A stretch of DNA of 49,027 nt from an uncultured Muribaculaceae bacterium (lineage in GTDB: Bacteria > Bacillota_I > Bacilli_A > RF39 > UBA660): positions 1 through 49,027 of the forward strand of contig CAZELY010000006.1 in assembly GCA_964513345.1 (NCBI GenBank). Direction: 5' to 3'. Of this stretch, positions 9,678 through 18,775 are shown one piece after another (positions within the stretch are counted from its first letter, which is position 1; every line of letters begins with the position of its first letter). A program made the translations under genes and the position numbers. The notes below the pieces were generated by a model, which saw nothing but the letters and a program-made list of their open reading frames with translations, made no database searches and had not been told where the DNA came from.

Positions 9678-10112
9678 CTAAATATTAAAATCATTAGAAA
9701 ATATTTCGTCGGCAATATCAGAATAACTATCTTCGTTTTCACTTACAAAGTTATTCCATCTATCGCTATCCCAAATCTCGATTCTATCACCTACACCAAT
9801 AATTACACAATCTTTTTTTAATTCAGCGTAGTTAATAAGAGGAATTGAAATGTTTACTCTCCCTTGTTTGTCAAATTCTGTGGTGTTAGCACCAGACAAG
9901 GTAAAACGCATAAAGTGACGAGTGTTTTTTATGTTTGGCAATTCTTGATACTTACTAATTATTTTTTCGAAAGTTTCTTTTTTGTAAATGAATAAGCATC
10001 CATCCAAGCCACGAGTAATTACAAAATTCTCACCAAGTTCATATCTGATTTTTGAAGGAATTGTTAATCTTCCTTTTTCATCAATCGTATGATGATATTC
10101 ACCCATGAACAT
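9678..10112 (-). CDS. mraZ: Transcriptional regulator MraZ
   Basis: MFMGEYHHTIDEKGRLTIP and DKQGRV motifs; start placed at MFMGEY. Confidence 0.97.
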   Translation of the reverse strand: MFMGEYHHTIDEKGRLTIPSKIRYELGENFVITRGLDGCLFIYKKETFEKIISKYQELPNIKNTRHFMRFTLSGANTTEFDKQGRVNISIPLINYAELKKDCVIIGVGDRIEIWDSDRWNNFVSENEDSYSDIADEIFSNDFNI

Positions 10113-10120
10113 AAAATCAC

Positions 10121-10154
10121 CCACTTTCCCCCACTTCTCTACACCGGATACCAT
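10121..10154 (-). promoter_or_regulatory. MraZ operator (four GTGG-like boxes at 10-bp period)
   Basis: Minus strand ATGG-N6-GTGT-N6-GTGG-N6-GTGG directly upstream of mraZ. Confidence 0.8.
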
Positions 10155-10225
10155 TATTCTACTATTTAATGTTTGATTTGTAAATAGATTTTTTTATATT
10201 TTTTTTGACTTTATATAATTTGACA

Positions 10226-10258
10226 TAAAAAAAGAATTGTCATTTACAACTCTTTTTT
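10226..10258. terminator. Bidirectional-type terminator
   Basis: AAAAAAGAATTGT-CATTT-ACAACTCTTTTTT. Confidence 0.6.
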
Positions 10259-10655
10259 AATATTTAAATATTTTCTTTTTGACCATCTCTAATTTTTTAT
10301 CTGGTTCGTTTTCCTTTTCTGCAAGTTTATCATTAAGAATTTCTTCTACCTCAGATAAATTTTCCTCTTGACAATAGTCGCATATTGCTGAATATTGTTC
10401 ATCGGATAACTCAACAATTTTTTGTACTGCACCATCAGTTTTAACTGCAACTGGCTCAACATTTTTTACAGTCATGGAAATCGCTATATTATTAATAAAA
10501 GAAGAATTCAATACTTCCATCCCTTCAATATCTTTTTTTACTTGTTCATATTCCCATGTTGGAAAAACTTTACTTTCAGAATATTCTTCTCTATCATATA
10601 TTTTCCATTCTTGTGGCCTTTTAATGTTTTTGGTACTTATTTGAATTTTAATCAT
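10257..10655 (-). CDS. Hypothetical protein
   Basis: Open ORF with plausible composition; start at MIKIQ fits RBS spacing. Confidence 0.7.
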   Translation of the reverse strand: MIKIQISTKNIKRPQEWKIYDREEYSESKVFPTWEYEQVKKDIEGMEVLNSSFINNIAISMTVKNVEPVAVKTDGAVQKIVELSDEQYSAICDYCQEENLSEVEEILNDKLAEKENEPDKKLEMVKKKIFKY

Positions 10656-10761
10656 TTGATTCATTCCTTTCTTTTATCTATATTTATAAATTGTAAAGTC
10701 ATTATACTTTGGCATATATAACTTGTCAATAGTATTACTGAATTTAATACAAAAAACTGCC

Positions 10762-11391
10762 TTAAGCAGTTTTATTTAATAGTTCTTTTAAATCATGTTG
10801 TGCTCCATTTTTTTCTATCGCAAGCGCCGTGCTTCTGACACCACTTTTATCAACAGGTGTAAGTGATTTAGCTATCGAAACAATATTTTGAAGATCTCCT
10901 ACATTATTAGTTATTTGCATTTGTTTTCCCTGCAACACTTCACCAATGTTTAGAGCTGAAATGGTCCCATCAGTTTTTATAAATCCAATTAAATAATCAG
11001 TAATGTTGTGTCCAAATTCCAAACTATATGCTGCTATTACATTATCAACATCTAATTTTATTGATAATACTTCATCACCTTTAGGACACACTTGCTTAGC
11101 TACAGCACCAGAAGCTTTACAATAGCCTTCGATCTTATTATTTTGATATTGATTTTGAAGCTTTTTAACATTTTCAGCAAGTGCATCATTTGCTGAAAGT
11201 TCGGTAAATGTTAAATATGCTTCCCCTTGTTTAGTAATATATAAAGTATAGTAAGGACCAGTTAAAATTTGAATTTCTGTTTTATTTTCAAGACTAAAGT
11301 TCTCATCTACATTCAATTTGTTATATACTATATATCCTCCAAGCCCTACTATTATAAGGGCTAAAATAATTATTACTCCTTTACCTTTCAT
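10762..11391 (-). CDS. Membrane-anchored surface protein, GLGGYIVY(N/D)K family
   Basis: N-terminal TM LIIVGLGGYIVYNK; C-terminal half similar to 42844..43509. Confidence 0.85.
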   Translation of the reverse strand: MKGKGVIIILALIIVGLGGYIVYNKLNVDENFSLENKTEIQILTGPYYTLYITKQGEAYLTFTELSANDALAENVKKLQNQYQNNKIEGYCKASGAVAKQVCPKGDEVLSIKLDVDNVIAAYSLEFGHNITDYLIGFIKTDGTISALNIGEVLQGKQMQITNNVGDLQNIVSIAKSLTPVDKSGVRSTALAIEKNGAQHDLKELLNKTA

Positions 11392-11414
11392 TATATTCCT
11401 CCTACCATACTACT

Positions 11415-11443
11415 AGTATATATCTAAATTAATTTAGACACAA
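11415..11443 (-). promoter_or_regulatory. sigma-A promoter with palindromic operator in spacer
   Basis: TTGTGT-N17-TATACT; perfect 16-bp palindrome TCTAAATTAATTTAGA at 11423-11438. Confidence 0.55.
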
Positions 11444-11455
11444 GTTTTTCATATT

Positions 11456-11484
11456 AAAAAGAAAGTTTAAGAACTTTCTTTTTT
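11456..11484. terminator. Terminator after YjcZ-like pair
   Basis: AAAAAGAAAGTT-TAAG-AACTTTCTTTTT. Confidence 0.7.
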
Positions 11485-11596
11485 AATATAAAATACATGA
11501 ACCAAGTAAAATTGCTAATAAAATATAAAGAACTAAAACAATTAAAAAGCCATTACCGGTTTCATGACCACAAGGTTTATCGTTATTGCAAGACAT
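11483..11596 (-). CDS. YjcZ-family small sporulation membrane peptide (37 aa)
   Basis: MSCNNDKPCGHETGNGFLIVLVLYILLAILLGSCILY with GGGAG RBS; below the ORF-track length cutoff. Confidence 0.8.
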   Translation of the reverse strand: MSCNNDKPCGHETGNGFLIVLVLYILLAILLGSCILY

Positions 11597-11615
11597 AATT
11601 ACTCCCCTCTAGGTA

Positions 11616-11702
11616 CTATATCCAAGCACCAAGTATGATTATTAAAAGAATAAATAATACTAAAACAATAGCTGCTGCACTTACGCCAGTGTTATTACAC
11701 AT
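11616..11702 (-). CDS. YjcZ-family small sporulation membrane peptide (28 aa)
   Basis: MCNNTGVSAAAIVLVLFILLIIILGAWI with AGGAGG RBS; IVLVLFILLII matches the YjcZ pattern. Confidence 0.85.
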   Translation of the reverse strand: MCNNTGVSAAAIVLVLFILLIIILGAWI

Positions 11703-11851
11703 ATAAATCATCCTCCTTTTTATCTATTCACATTATTCTATGGAAAAGTTTACGTTGTGTGCGTACTAAAGCCAAAAATAATTAAAAATTATTGTTTTTT
11801 TGTCATAAATTTGTTATCATTATATATGTATGTATGAAAGGAAGAACTAAC

Positions 11852-12829
11852 GTGAAAAAAACATTATTAACATTGGGGGTATGTGCTTTAATATTTGGAC
11901 TTGTAGGTTGTGGACAAACACCTCAACTTAAAGATGGTAAAGAAGTAATCGCATCTATTAAAGGCAAAAAAATTACTGTTGAAGATTTATATGAGAAATT
12001 AAAAAGTCAAGGTGGCGAAGCCGTATTAGTAAACATGATTGACGAATATATTGCTAATAAGGAAGTTGAAACTGATGAAGATGCAAAAACATATGCCGAT
12101 TCACAACTTGAATCATATAGAGAATCATATAAAAACTATGGACAAGATTTTGCCGAAGTATTGAAAAATGCTGGTTACAAAAATGAAGATGCTTTTAAAG
12201 AAACTTTAATTGTTGAGTATAAGAAAAAAGAAATTGCCGAGAATTATGTTAAAGAACAAATTACTGATACCGAAATTGAAAAATATTATGAGGATAATAT
12301 CTTTGGTGATATTGAAGCAAAACATATATTAATTTCTGTTGATACTGACGAAAATGCTACTGATGAAGAACAAGCAGCTGCTGAAAAAGCTGCTAAAGAA
12401 AAAGCAGAAAAACTTATTAAAAAATTAGACAAGGGCGAGGATTTTGAAACACTTGCCAAGAAAAATTCTGATGACAAGGGAACTGCTTCTAAAGGCGGCA
12501 AACTAACAGTTACTTATGGTGAAGTTGTTGATGAATTCTGGGAAGGCTGTGTAAAGCTTAAAGACAAAACTTATACTAAAGAACCTGTTAAGTCACAATA
12601 TGGTTACCACATTATTTATCGCGAAAGTCAAAAAGATAAACCAAAATTAAAAGCAGTTAGAGATACAATTATTGAAAAATTAGTTGACGAAAAAATGGAT
12701 GAAGATGAAAAAATCCAAGAAAAAGCTATGATAGATATTCGTAAAAAATACAAATTAGATATTGTTGATAATGATATTAAAGAGATTTATAACAATTCTG
12801 TAAAAGAATCTTTAGCAGAAAAAGAATAG
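11852..12829 (+). CDS. prsA: Foldase PrsA (lipoprotein parvulin PPIase)
   Basis: GTG start, lipobox LVGC, and AKHILI, FETLAKKNSDD, SQYGYHII motifs. Confidence 0.92.
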   Translation: MKKTLLTLGVCALIFGLVGCGQTPQLKDGKEVIASIKGKKITVEDLYEKLKSQGGEAVLVNMIDEYIANKEVETDEDAKTYADSQLESYRESYKNYGQDFAEVLKNAGYKNEDAFKETLIVEYKKKEIAENYVKEQITDTEIEKYYEDNIFGDIEAKHILISVDTDENATDEEQAAAEKAAKEKAEKLIKKLDKGEDFETLAKKNSDDKGTASKGGKLTVTYGEVVDEFWEGCVKLKDKTYTKEPVKSQYGYHIIYRESQKDKPKLKAVRDTIIEKLVDEKMDEDEKIQEKAMIDIRKKYKLDIVDNDIKEIYNNSVKESLAEKE

Positions 12830-12835
12830 TATAAA

Positions 12836-13597
12836 CTATTCTTTTTTTTGTTCTAAAAATTCCTCAATTTCATTATTTTGATAACCTTTAGCCATTAATT
12901 TGTTTTTGACTTTATAATAAAGTTCTGCATCTTGATATTTTAAAGCACACTTATTATATATTTTTTCCATCTCTTTTATATTTGGTTCACTTTTAATTAA
13001 ATATAAGTGGTTATTAATAGAATCCATACTGTAACCTTGGTTAATTAAATAAGAAACAATTCTTTGTCTCAGTACATAACCGCTATATTTTTTATTAGCT
13101 TTTAATTTCTTTAAGATGATTTTTTCAATATGATTATCAATAATCTCCTGCGAATAATTTTCGATTACTTCATCAATTATTTCGGGTTCTATTTTATAAT
13201 TTTTTAATTCTTTCATTATTTTATAAGGGCCTTCCAAAGTTAAATTAATTTTATCATTGGTAAATGCTTTCGCAAAATTATAATCATTAATTAATCCTAT
13301 CCTTTTTAAAGTTCCAATTATTTTATTTTGATCTTCTTTGATTACTTCAGTTTTATCTAGATAATCTATAATCTCTTTTTCGCTTCTTAGTCTTTGTCCT
13401 ATCATCTTTAAAACCTTATTGTAACTTTCATAATACAGCGTATCCGTATTTATTTTATTTAAAAGTTTACTATCAATATTTTTATCAAATAACAAGTTAT
13501 TTTCTAATATGACATCATCATATGTATTGATAACTTCACCATTTTCCAAAGTAATTTTATATTTACTACCAGTTTTTTTGATTTTATCTATTTTCAT
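12836..13597 (-). CDS. recX: Regulatory protein RecX
   Basis: RLRSEKEI, LINDYNFA, EGPYKI and LINQGY repeated HTH pattern; start placed at MKIDKIKK. Confidence 0.88.
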   Translation of the reverse strand: MKIDKIKKTGSKYKITLENGEVINTYDDVILENNLLFDKNIDSKLLNKINTDTLYYESYNKVLKMIGQRLRSEKEIIDYLDKTEVIKEDQNKIIGTLKRIGLINDYNFAKAFTNDKINLTLEGPYKIMKELKNYKIEPEIIDEVIENYSQEIIDNHIEKIILKKLKANKKYSGYVLRQRIVSYLINQGYSMDSINNHLYLIKSEPNIKEMEKIYNKCALKYQDAELYYKVKNKLMAKGYQNNEIEEFLEQKKE

Positions 13598-13664
13598 GAT
13601 ACCACCAACGATATTATAACAAACATTTGTTTTTAACGCAAACAAAAAAAGTCCTAGGACTTTT

Positions 13665-13868
13665 TTATTTTTCCATTTCAATTTTTACCATATTATTAGC
13701 TATTTCTTCAAGAGCTTTGCCGATGTATTTTTTTGATTTATACTCATTTTCTTTCATTTGATAATGACGTGTTTCTTTCATTTCCCTTACCCTTTTAGAA
13801 ACAATATTAACTAGCAAATATTTTGATCCTACATTGTTCTGTAAATTATCAATTGACGGATATAGCAT
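13665..13868 (-). CDS. rpoZ: RNA polymerase omega subunit
   Basis: MLYPSID...SKYLLV..VSKR...ALEEI pattern. Confidence 0.92.
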   Translation of the reverse strand: MLYPSIDNLQNNVGSKYLLVNIVSKRVREMKETRHYQMKENEYKSKKYIGKALEEIANNMVKIEMEK

Positions 13869-13941
13869 ATATATCACTCCCCTACTATTGATAATATAAC
13901 ATTTATTTCAAATAGGCAATGAGAATAAAATAAATTTGACA

Positions 13942-15798
13942 TTATTTAACACAATTTCTTAAGCCTTCTAAAACACAGTACATAGCCCAAGTATCTTGCT
14001 TACAATACTCTAATAATTTTTGATATTTGTGCTCATACTCAGCTTTATCCATCTTAGGAAACTTTGCGTATGTTACTAAAGCTTCAGTTCCATTTCCAAT
14101 TTCCATACCTTTATATGTTAAATCTGAAAATATCGGCAATACCTTTTTTATCGAAAATGAACCATTTAAGTCTGTGTGATAGTAGTTAAACATCGAAGCT
14201 TTATCCTTGTCATAGCCTAATTCTTCATACATTGATGTTTTTGTTTTGACTAAATTCATCAAATCAAAAATCATACTTCTTATATGTAGTAATTTTTTTC
14301 TGTATTGAGGGAAAATTTCTGCAAGTTCTTTTAGTCTAGTTTTTTCAAACGAATCATTATAAACTAAAACAGTCCCTTCGTCACCTATCCATTCACATAG
14401 TTTTTGACAAATTTCTTCACGATGATCTGCATGATCTTTAGCTAAATATTCAAAATGATCTTTTTCTTTATCACAAATACCTTGTTCTTTTTCAACGTGA
14501 AGTGAAAATTGAAAAACTGATTGACTGTAACACTTTTCACCTCTATATCTTGGTAATGGACAAGGAAAAGTCTCAAAATCCAAATGATAAATAGGATACT
14601 TTATTTGTTTTAACCCATCAATTATTTTTTCTTTATCAATATACGGTGTATTTGTTTCAACAACTTCTCTTTGTACAACGTTTTTGGCACGATTTAAATA
14701 TTCTTTGGGTACATCTGTCATTTTAACATAGCCATCATTTATCAAATCAAATCTTTCATATTTGTTTCCATTTTGATCTTTAAAACCGTGATGTCCATCT
14801 AAATAAGCCATGATTGAGTTTTTTTCAGGCAAAATGTTCCAGCAAATTTTTGCAAATTTGCACTTCGTTGTTTTCTTTTTTTCACAGTACTCACCTAGCG
14901 GAAATGAATCTATTTTTAGTGTTTTTATATATGATTCTACCCTTTTTCGATCTAAATCAATTTTATCCATATAGTCTTTAGTAATACTGGTCATATCAAT
15001 AAATGATACAATTTCGTTTCCAAATTTATCGGTATTATATACTGGTTCATTATCATAAGTTCCATCAAAAACATACTCACTATTTAAAACTGCTAGATAA
15101 TATTTAATATTATTTATTTTGTTTTCTTCGCCATTAGCTTTTAAATCATTTTCAATGATATATCGTTGCACTGCTAAATCATATACATAGTGACCAGCAT
15201 CACCATACTTATTAAATAATTTTACTTTTTGAAAATTATATTTTTTAATATCCATATAATCTTCTATATTAAGTTCTAAATCTTCCAAAAGGTGATATAC
15301 ACCTTTTTCATCTTTCATAAAAATAGATGTAATTTCTTCTGATTCTGGTTTTTTTACTCCTAATGCAAGAAACTTTTTAGTCGTGGTAGCTTTTACTTCA
15401 ATTATATTAAAACGATCATTAATCTCATTGTAAATGTCAACATAGCACAAATATCTTATATTATTTATAAGACAGTCAAAACTTTCTTGTTCTAATGTTT
15501 CTTTAGAATATTTAAATGTTCCTTCAAAATATTTTGGGGCCAAAGCACCTGCTAAAATCTCGACATTATTATAATATGGAAGCATCACTTCCAATTGTTC
15601 ATCTTTCTCACTAAGTATGTCTTCTCCATTTTCATCATACATAGTCCCAAGAATTTCATGCATTTCTTCTTCAAGTTCTTCCTTACGGTATTCTTCCAAG
15701 GTAACCATACTTTCAAGTTTTTCTTTTTTTAAGTCTTCTAAAGCTACATACCTTGGGCATCTTGAATAATTTATAAAATTCGTTTTTGTTACTGCCAT
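13942..15798 (-). CDS. DUF2779-type nuclease (PD-(D/E)xK + Cys cluster + RNase H-like C-terminus)
   Basis: N-terminal RCPR, VDI...IIEVKATT, C-x7-C-x5-C, HLDFETF, SIKKVLP and YCKQDT motifs. Confidence 0.8.
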   Translation of the reverse strand: MAVTKTNFINYSRCPRYVALEDLKKEKLESMVTLEEYRKEELEEEMHEILGTMYDENGEDILSEKDEQLEVMLPYYNNVEILAGALAPKYFEGTFKYSKETLEQESFDCLINNIRYLCYVDIYNEINDRFNIIEVKATTTKKFLALGVKKPESEEITSIFMKDEKGVYHLLEDLELNIEDYMDIKKYNFQKVKLFNKYGDAGHYVYDLAVQRYIIENDLKANGEENKINNIKYYLAVLNSEYVFDGTYDNEPVYNTDKFGNEIVSFIDMTSITKDYMDKIDLDRKRVESYIKTLKIDSFPLGEYCEKKKTTKCKFAKICWNILPEKNSIMAYLDGHHGFKDQNGNKYERFDLINDGYVKMTDVPKEYLNRAKNVVQREVVETNTPYIDKEKIIDGLKQIKYPIYHLDFETFPCPLPRYRGEKCYSQSVFQFSLHVEKEQGICDKEKDHFEYLAKDHADHREEICQKLCEWIGDEGTVLVYNDSFEKTRLKELAEIFPQYRKKLLHIRSMIFDLMNLVKTKTSMYEELGYDKDKASMFNYYHTDLNGSFSIKKVLPIFSDLTYKGMEIGNGTEALVTYAKFPKMDKAEYEHKYQKLLEYCKQDTWAMYCVLEGLRNCVK

Positions 15799-15839
15799 AT
15801 TATCACCAATATAATTATAACAAAAAAGAATAGTTTATA

Positions 15840-16781
15840 CTATCCTAATTTATTTACCGCTTTAATAAAACTATTACTCATAAGTTTTAAATATTCTTGT
15901 TTTTGCAAACTATTTAACCATGCTTTTGGGATACTATTAAAACCATATATAATTCCCGCAATTGAGCCAGTTAAGGCACCAATTGTATTAGTAGAACCAC
16001 CCAAATTTATGGATCCGACAATAGCTTCTTTAAAATTATTTGTATTATAAATGCACCATAAAACGGCTTCTAAGGTGCAAACAACATAATCATTTGATGA
16101 TATCTCTTCAAGCTGATAATCAAAAATATTTTCCTTTAAAATCCTTCTATACTTAATTACCGCTTTTTTATCAAAAAATGAATAGTTTAATTCTTTTAAT
16201 AGTTGATAACTTACATCTTTATTATAACCTTCTAGTAAAAACATAATATATCTAACATATATATAGCACCCTAAAATACTAATTTCGTGTTTATGAGTTA
16301 AAGATGAAATTTGCCAAACAATGGTAAAAATACGCTCATCAGATAATTTATTTTTAAAGCAATAAAAAGCAATTGGTAACATTCTAGATAATGATCCATT
16401 GGTATTGTCATTTTCACCTTCAAGTCCAGATTCGATTGCAGAAACCCCTTTTTGAAATCTAGAAATTGCTTTCATATTTGTAGTTTCAATTCCAAAAATT
16501 TCTCCAGTTGGTGTGTATTTAGCATATGTCAGCCACTGAGAAAAATTTTTCATTATATCATTATAATCGACTTTGTTTTTGGCCATAATAGAATCCATAG
16601 TGGCCAACATCATCGAACCATTAAAAGACCATGAACCTTTGGGTAGTGGATAATTATCAAATTTAGTCATTGTCGTGATTGGTTTTTCTATAAGTGTCTT
16701 ACGATCATAAAATTCTACTGGAAATCCCATGGCATCACCAATTATAAAACCATAATAACTTTCCTTAAACTGATTTATCAT
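15840..16781 (-). CDS. ADP-ribosylglycohydrolase-family protein, metal ligands degenerate
   Basis: GDAMGFPVEF, NGSLSR and LTHKH retained; SDD replaced by SFN and DTDT replaced by STNT. Confidence 0.85.
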   Translation of the reverse strand: MINQFKESYYGFIIGDAMGFPVEFYDRKTLIEKPITTMTKFDNYPLPKGSWSFNGSMMLATMDSIMAKNKVDYNDIMKNFSQWLTYAKYTPTGEIFGIETTNMKAISRFQKGVSAIESGLEGENDNTNGSLSRMLPIAFYCFKNKLSDERIFTIVWQISSLTHKHEISILGCYIYVRYIMFLLEGYNKDVSYQLLKELNYSFFDKKAVIKYRRILKENIFDYQLEEISSNDYVVCTLEAVLWCIYNTNNFKEAIVGSINLGGSTNTIGALTGSIAGIIYGFNSIPKAWLNSLQKQEYLKLMSNSFIKAVNKLG

Positions 16782-17986
16782 TTAATTATTTCCTTTATCA
16801 AACGCGGTTTTATAATTTCTTTTTCTGACAACTCAAAGCACTTTAAAAATTCGTCTTCGTTTATTTTTTCATTGTCAAAATATATGCTTAATAAATCATC
16901 ATTTTTCATGACTAAATCACCAACTTTGGCATTTAATAATACACCACAATTATCAGCATTTTCAATCATTTTTTTTAATCTTAATGTATTTATAGATTCA
17001 ATATAACCTTGTTGCTTAGCTTTGATTGTTTTTACTTTAGTACCCAATTTAATATTAATAACATTACCTTTTTGAGTTTTAACAAATTCCATAAATTTTT
17101 CATATCCAAATTTGTTTCTTAGAGCTTCCTCAGCGTACTCGATTGATTCCTCAACGGGAATACCTTTTTCTAATGATAAAATTATGGAAGCCATATGAAT
17201 AATCAATTCATTTAAATCCTTAGGACCTTCACCTTTTAAAGTGTTTATGCATTCAACCATTTCCAAAGAATCTCCGATCGCAAATCCAACAGGTTCGCTT
17301 GCTTCTGTTAATACACAAATAATATCTTTAGCGTTTAAATGGCCGATTTTCATTGTAAGACGAATATATTCTTTGGCATCATCAATAGTTTTTAAATATT
17401 CATATTTGCCAAATTTAACTTCCATCATAATTTTAGATGATGAATAAAGTAATTTATTACTCATGGTTAATGCGGCCGCGATAGGAACTGAAATTTTAAT
17501 GTTATTATCATGTAGTAATTTTTTAATTTTAACACTTAATTTATTAGAAGACACGCTAGGATTTACAAAAACAACATTTATTTTATCTAGTTGTTTTAAA
17601 ACATCTTTTTTAGATAGATTTAAATTAATATCAAGTGTTTTTTGAAGTTTATTAACAATACCTACATCTTCTTTAAATATTGATACGCCCATTGATGCTA
17701 CTAGGAAATCTAAAATTATGGAAATTTTAGTATCCAAAGCATCAATAATAATTTCGTCAACATTGCAGTTTAAATAACTTTCGTGGTGAGAATTTGCGAC
17801 TAAGGCATTAGTTAAGGCAACTATTTCTTTGTCACTTAATTTACTATCGTTTATTAGTTTTAAAAAATTAATAAATTCAATTTCCGGCAACTCACCATTC
17901 TCGAATGACGAAAAAACCAATTCAAATTCACTGGCATTTATTTCTTCTTCCTGATTTTTCTTTTCGATTATTTCTAATATGTCCAT
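16778..17986 (-). CDS. Pyrimidine-nucleoside phosphorylase (Pdp/DeoA)-like protein, active-site loops degenerate
   Basis: PVGFAIGDSLEMVECINTLKGEGPKDL and C-terminal barrel conserved; KHSTGGVGD and SGRGLGHTGGT absent. Confidence 0.8.
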   Translation of the reverse strand: MDILEIIEKKNQEEEINASEFELVFSSFENGELPEIEFINFLKLINDSKLSDKEIVALTNALVANSHHESYLNCNVDEIIIDALDTKISIILDFLVASMGVSIFKEDVGIVNKLQKTLDINLNLSKKDVLKQLDKINVVFVNPSVSSNKLSVKIKKLLHDNNIKISVPIAAALTMSNKLLYSSSKIMMEVKFGKYEYLKTIDDAKEYIRLTMKIGHLNAKDIICVLTEASEPVGFAIGDSLEMVECINTLKGEGPKDLNELIIHMASIILSLEKGIPVEESIEYAEEALRNKFGYEKFMEFVKTQKGNVINIKLGTKVKTIKAKQQGYIESINTLRLKKMIENADNCGVLLNAKVGDLVMKNDDLLSIYFDNEKINEDEFLKCFELSEKEIIKPRLIKEIIK

Positions 17987-18059
17987 AATATACCTTCCTT
18001 AAGTACCACTATATTATAATAGTTTTGATTAGTAAAAGTCAAATTAAAAGGAAAACCAA

Positions 18060-18422
18060 TTATTTTAGTTTCCTTTCGATTAATTCAATAGTTCGTTTTG
18101 GATCAGTATAAAGCTTTTTATAAATTTCAGATTTTTCTTTTAGTATAGTAATAATCTCAATATCTTTTTTATTTAACTTAATATGATAATCTTTTTCATC
18201 TTCAGCCACGACATTTATCTCTTGACCTACAAGTTCATCTAAAGATAAGTTTAGTGCCTCAGCTAGTTTTAAAAACTTTTCTAAAGATGGTGTCCTTTCA
18301 CCACTTTCATACCAACAAATAGTTACTTTAGAAACACCTATTTTATCAGCCACAGCTTGCTGCGACAAGCCAAGATTTTTACGAGCCTCTCTAATTCTAT
18401 TACCATCAACATTAAATACCAT
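18060..18422 (-). CDS. XRE-family HTH repressor (cI-like)
   Basis: RIREARKNLGLSQQAVADKIGVSKVTICWYESGERTP plus C-terminal extension. Confidence 0.9.
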   Translation of the reverse strand: MVFNVDGNRIREARKNLGLSQQAVADKIGVSKVTICWYESGERTPSLEKFLKLAEALNLSLDELVGQEINVVAEDEKDYHIKLNKKDIEIITILKEKSEIYKKLYTDPKRTIELIERKLK

Positions 18423-18482
18423 TTTATCAATGTCCTTCCGCTACTAAAATTATAACAAGCTGCTAACAAAAATAGAGAAACT

Positions 18483-18537
18483 TTAACATAAAGTTAACAA
18501 ATCAATTGCTTTTTTATTGCATTTAACATGTGGTTAA
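18483..18537. promoter_or_regulatory. Two TTAAC-N5-GTTAA operators between divergent XRE genes
   Basis: TTAACATAAAGTTAA (18483-18497) and TTAACATGTGGTTAA (18523-18537); the second fills the spacer of TTGCAT-N17-TATAAT (18517-18545). Confidence 0.7.
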
Positions 18538-18561
18538 TATATAATAAATATGGAGGGACAT

Positions 18562-18765
18562 ATGGAAAAATTAAAAAAATTGCGAAAATCAAAACATATA
18601 ACGTGTGAGGAAATGGCCAAAAAATTAAATATCAGTAAACCTTTTTATTGGCAATTAGAAAACAATAAACGACGCTTGTCTTATGAAATGGCTTTTAAAA
18701 TTTCTGAAATTTTGAAAACAAAACCCGATAAAATATTTTATGAAGAATTTAAAAACAAGGACTAA
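18562..18765 (+). CDS. Small XRE-family HTH protein (Cro-like)
   Basis: LKKLRKSKHITCEEMAKKLNISKPFYWQLENNKRR, HTH only; GGAGG RBS. Confidence 0.9.
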   Translation: MEKLKKLRKSKHITCEEMAKKLNISKPFYWQLENNKRRLSYEMAFKISEILKTKPDKIFYEEFKNKD

Positions 18766-18775
18766 TCCTTGTTTT

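Noticed and set aside
13619-13633. SOS-box-like CAAAC-ATTT-GTTTT upstream of recX
   Set aside because: Lacks the conserved GAAC on both halves; too weak in AT-rich DNA.
13942-15798. CRISPR-Cas locus suggested by the Cas4-like Cys pattern
   Set aside because: No repeat-spacer array or other cas genes anywhere in the window.
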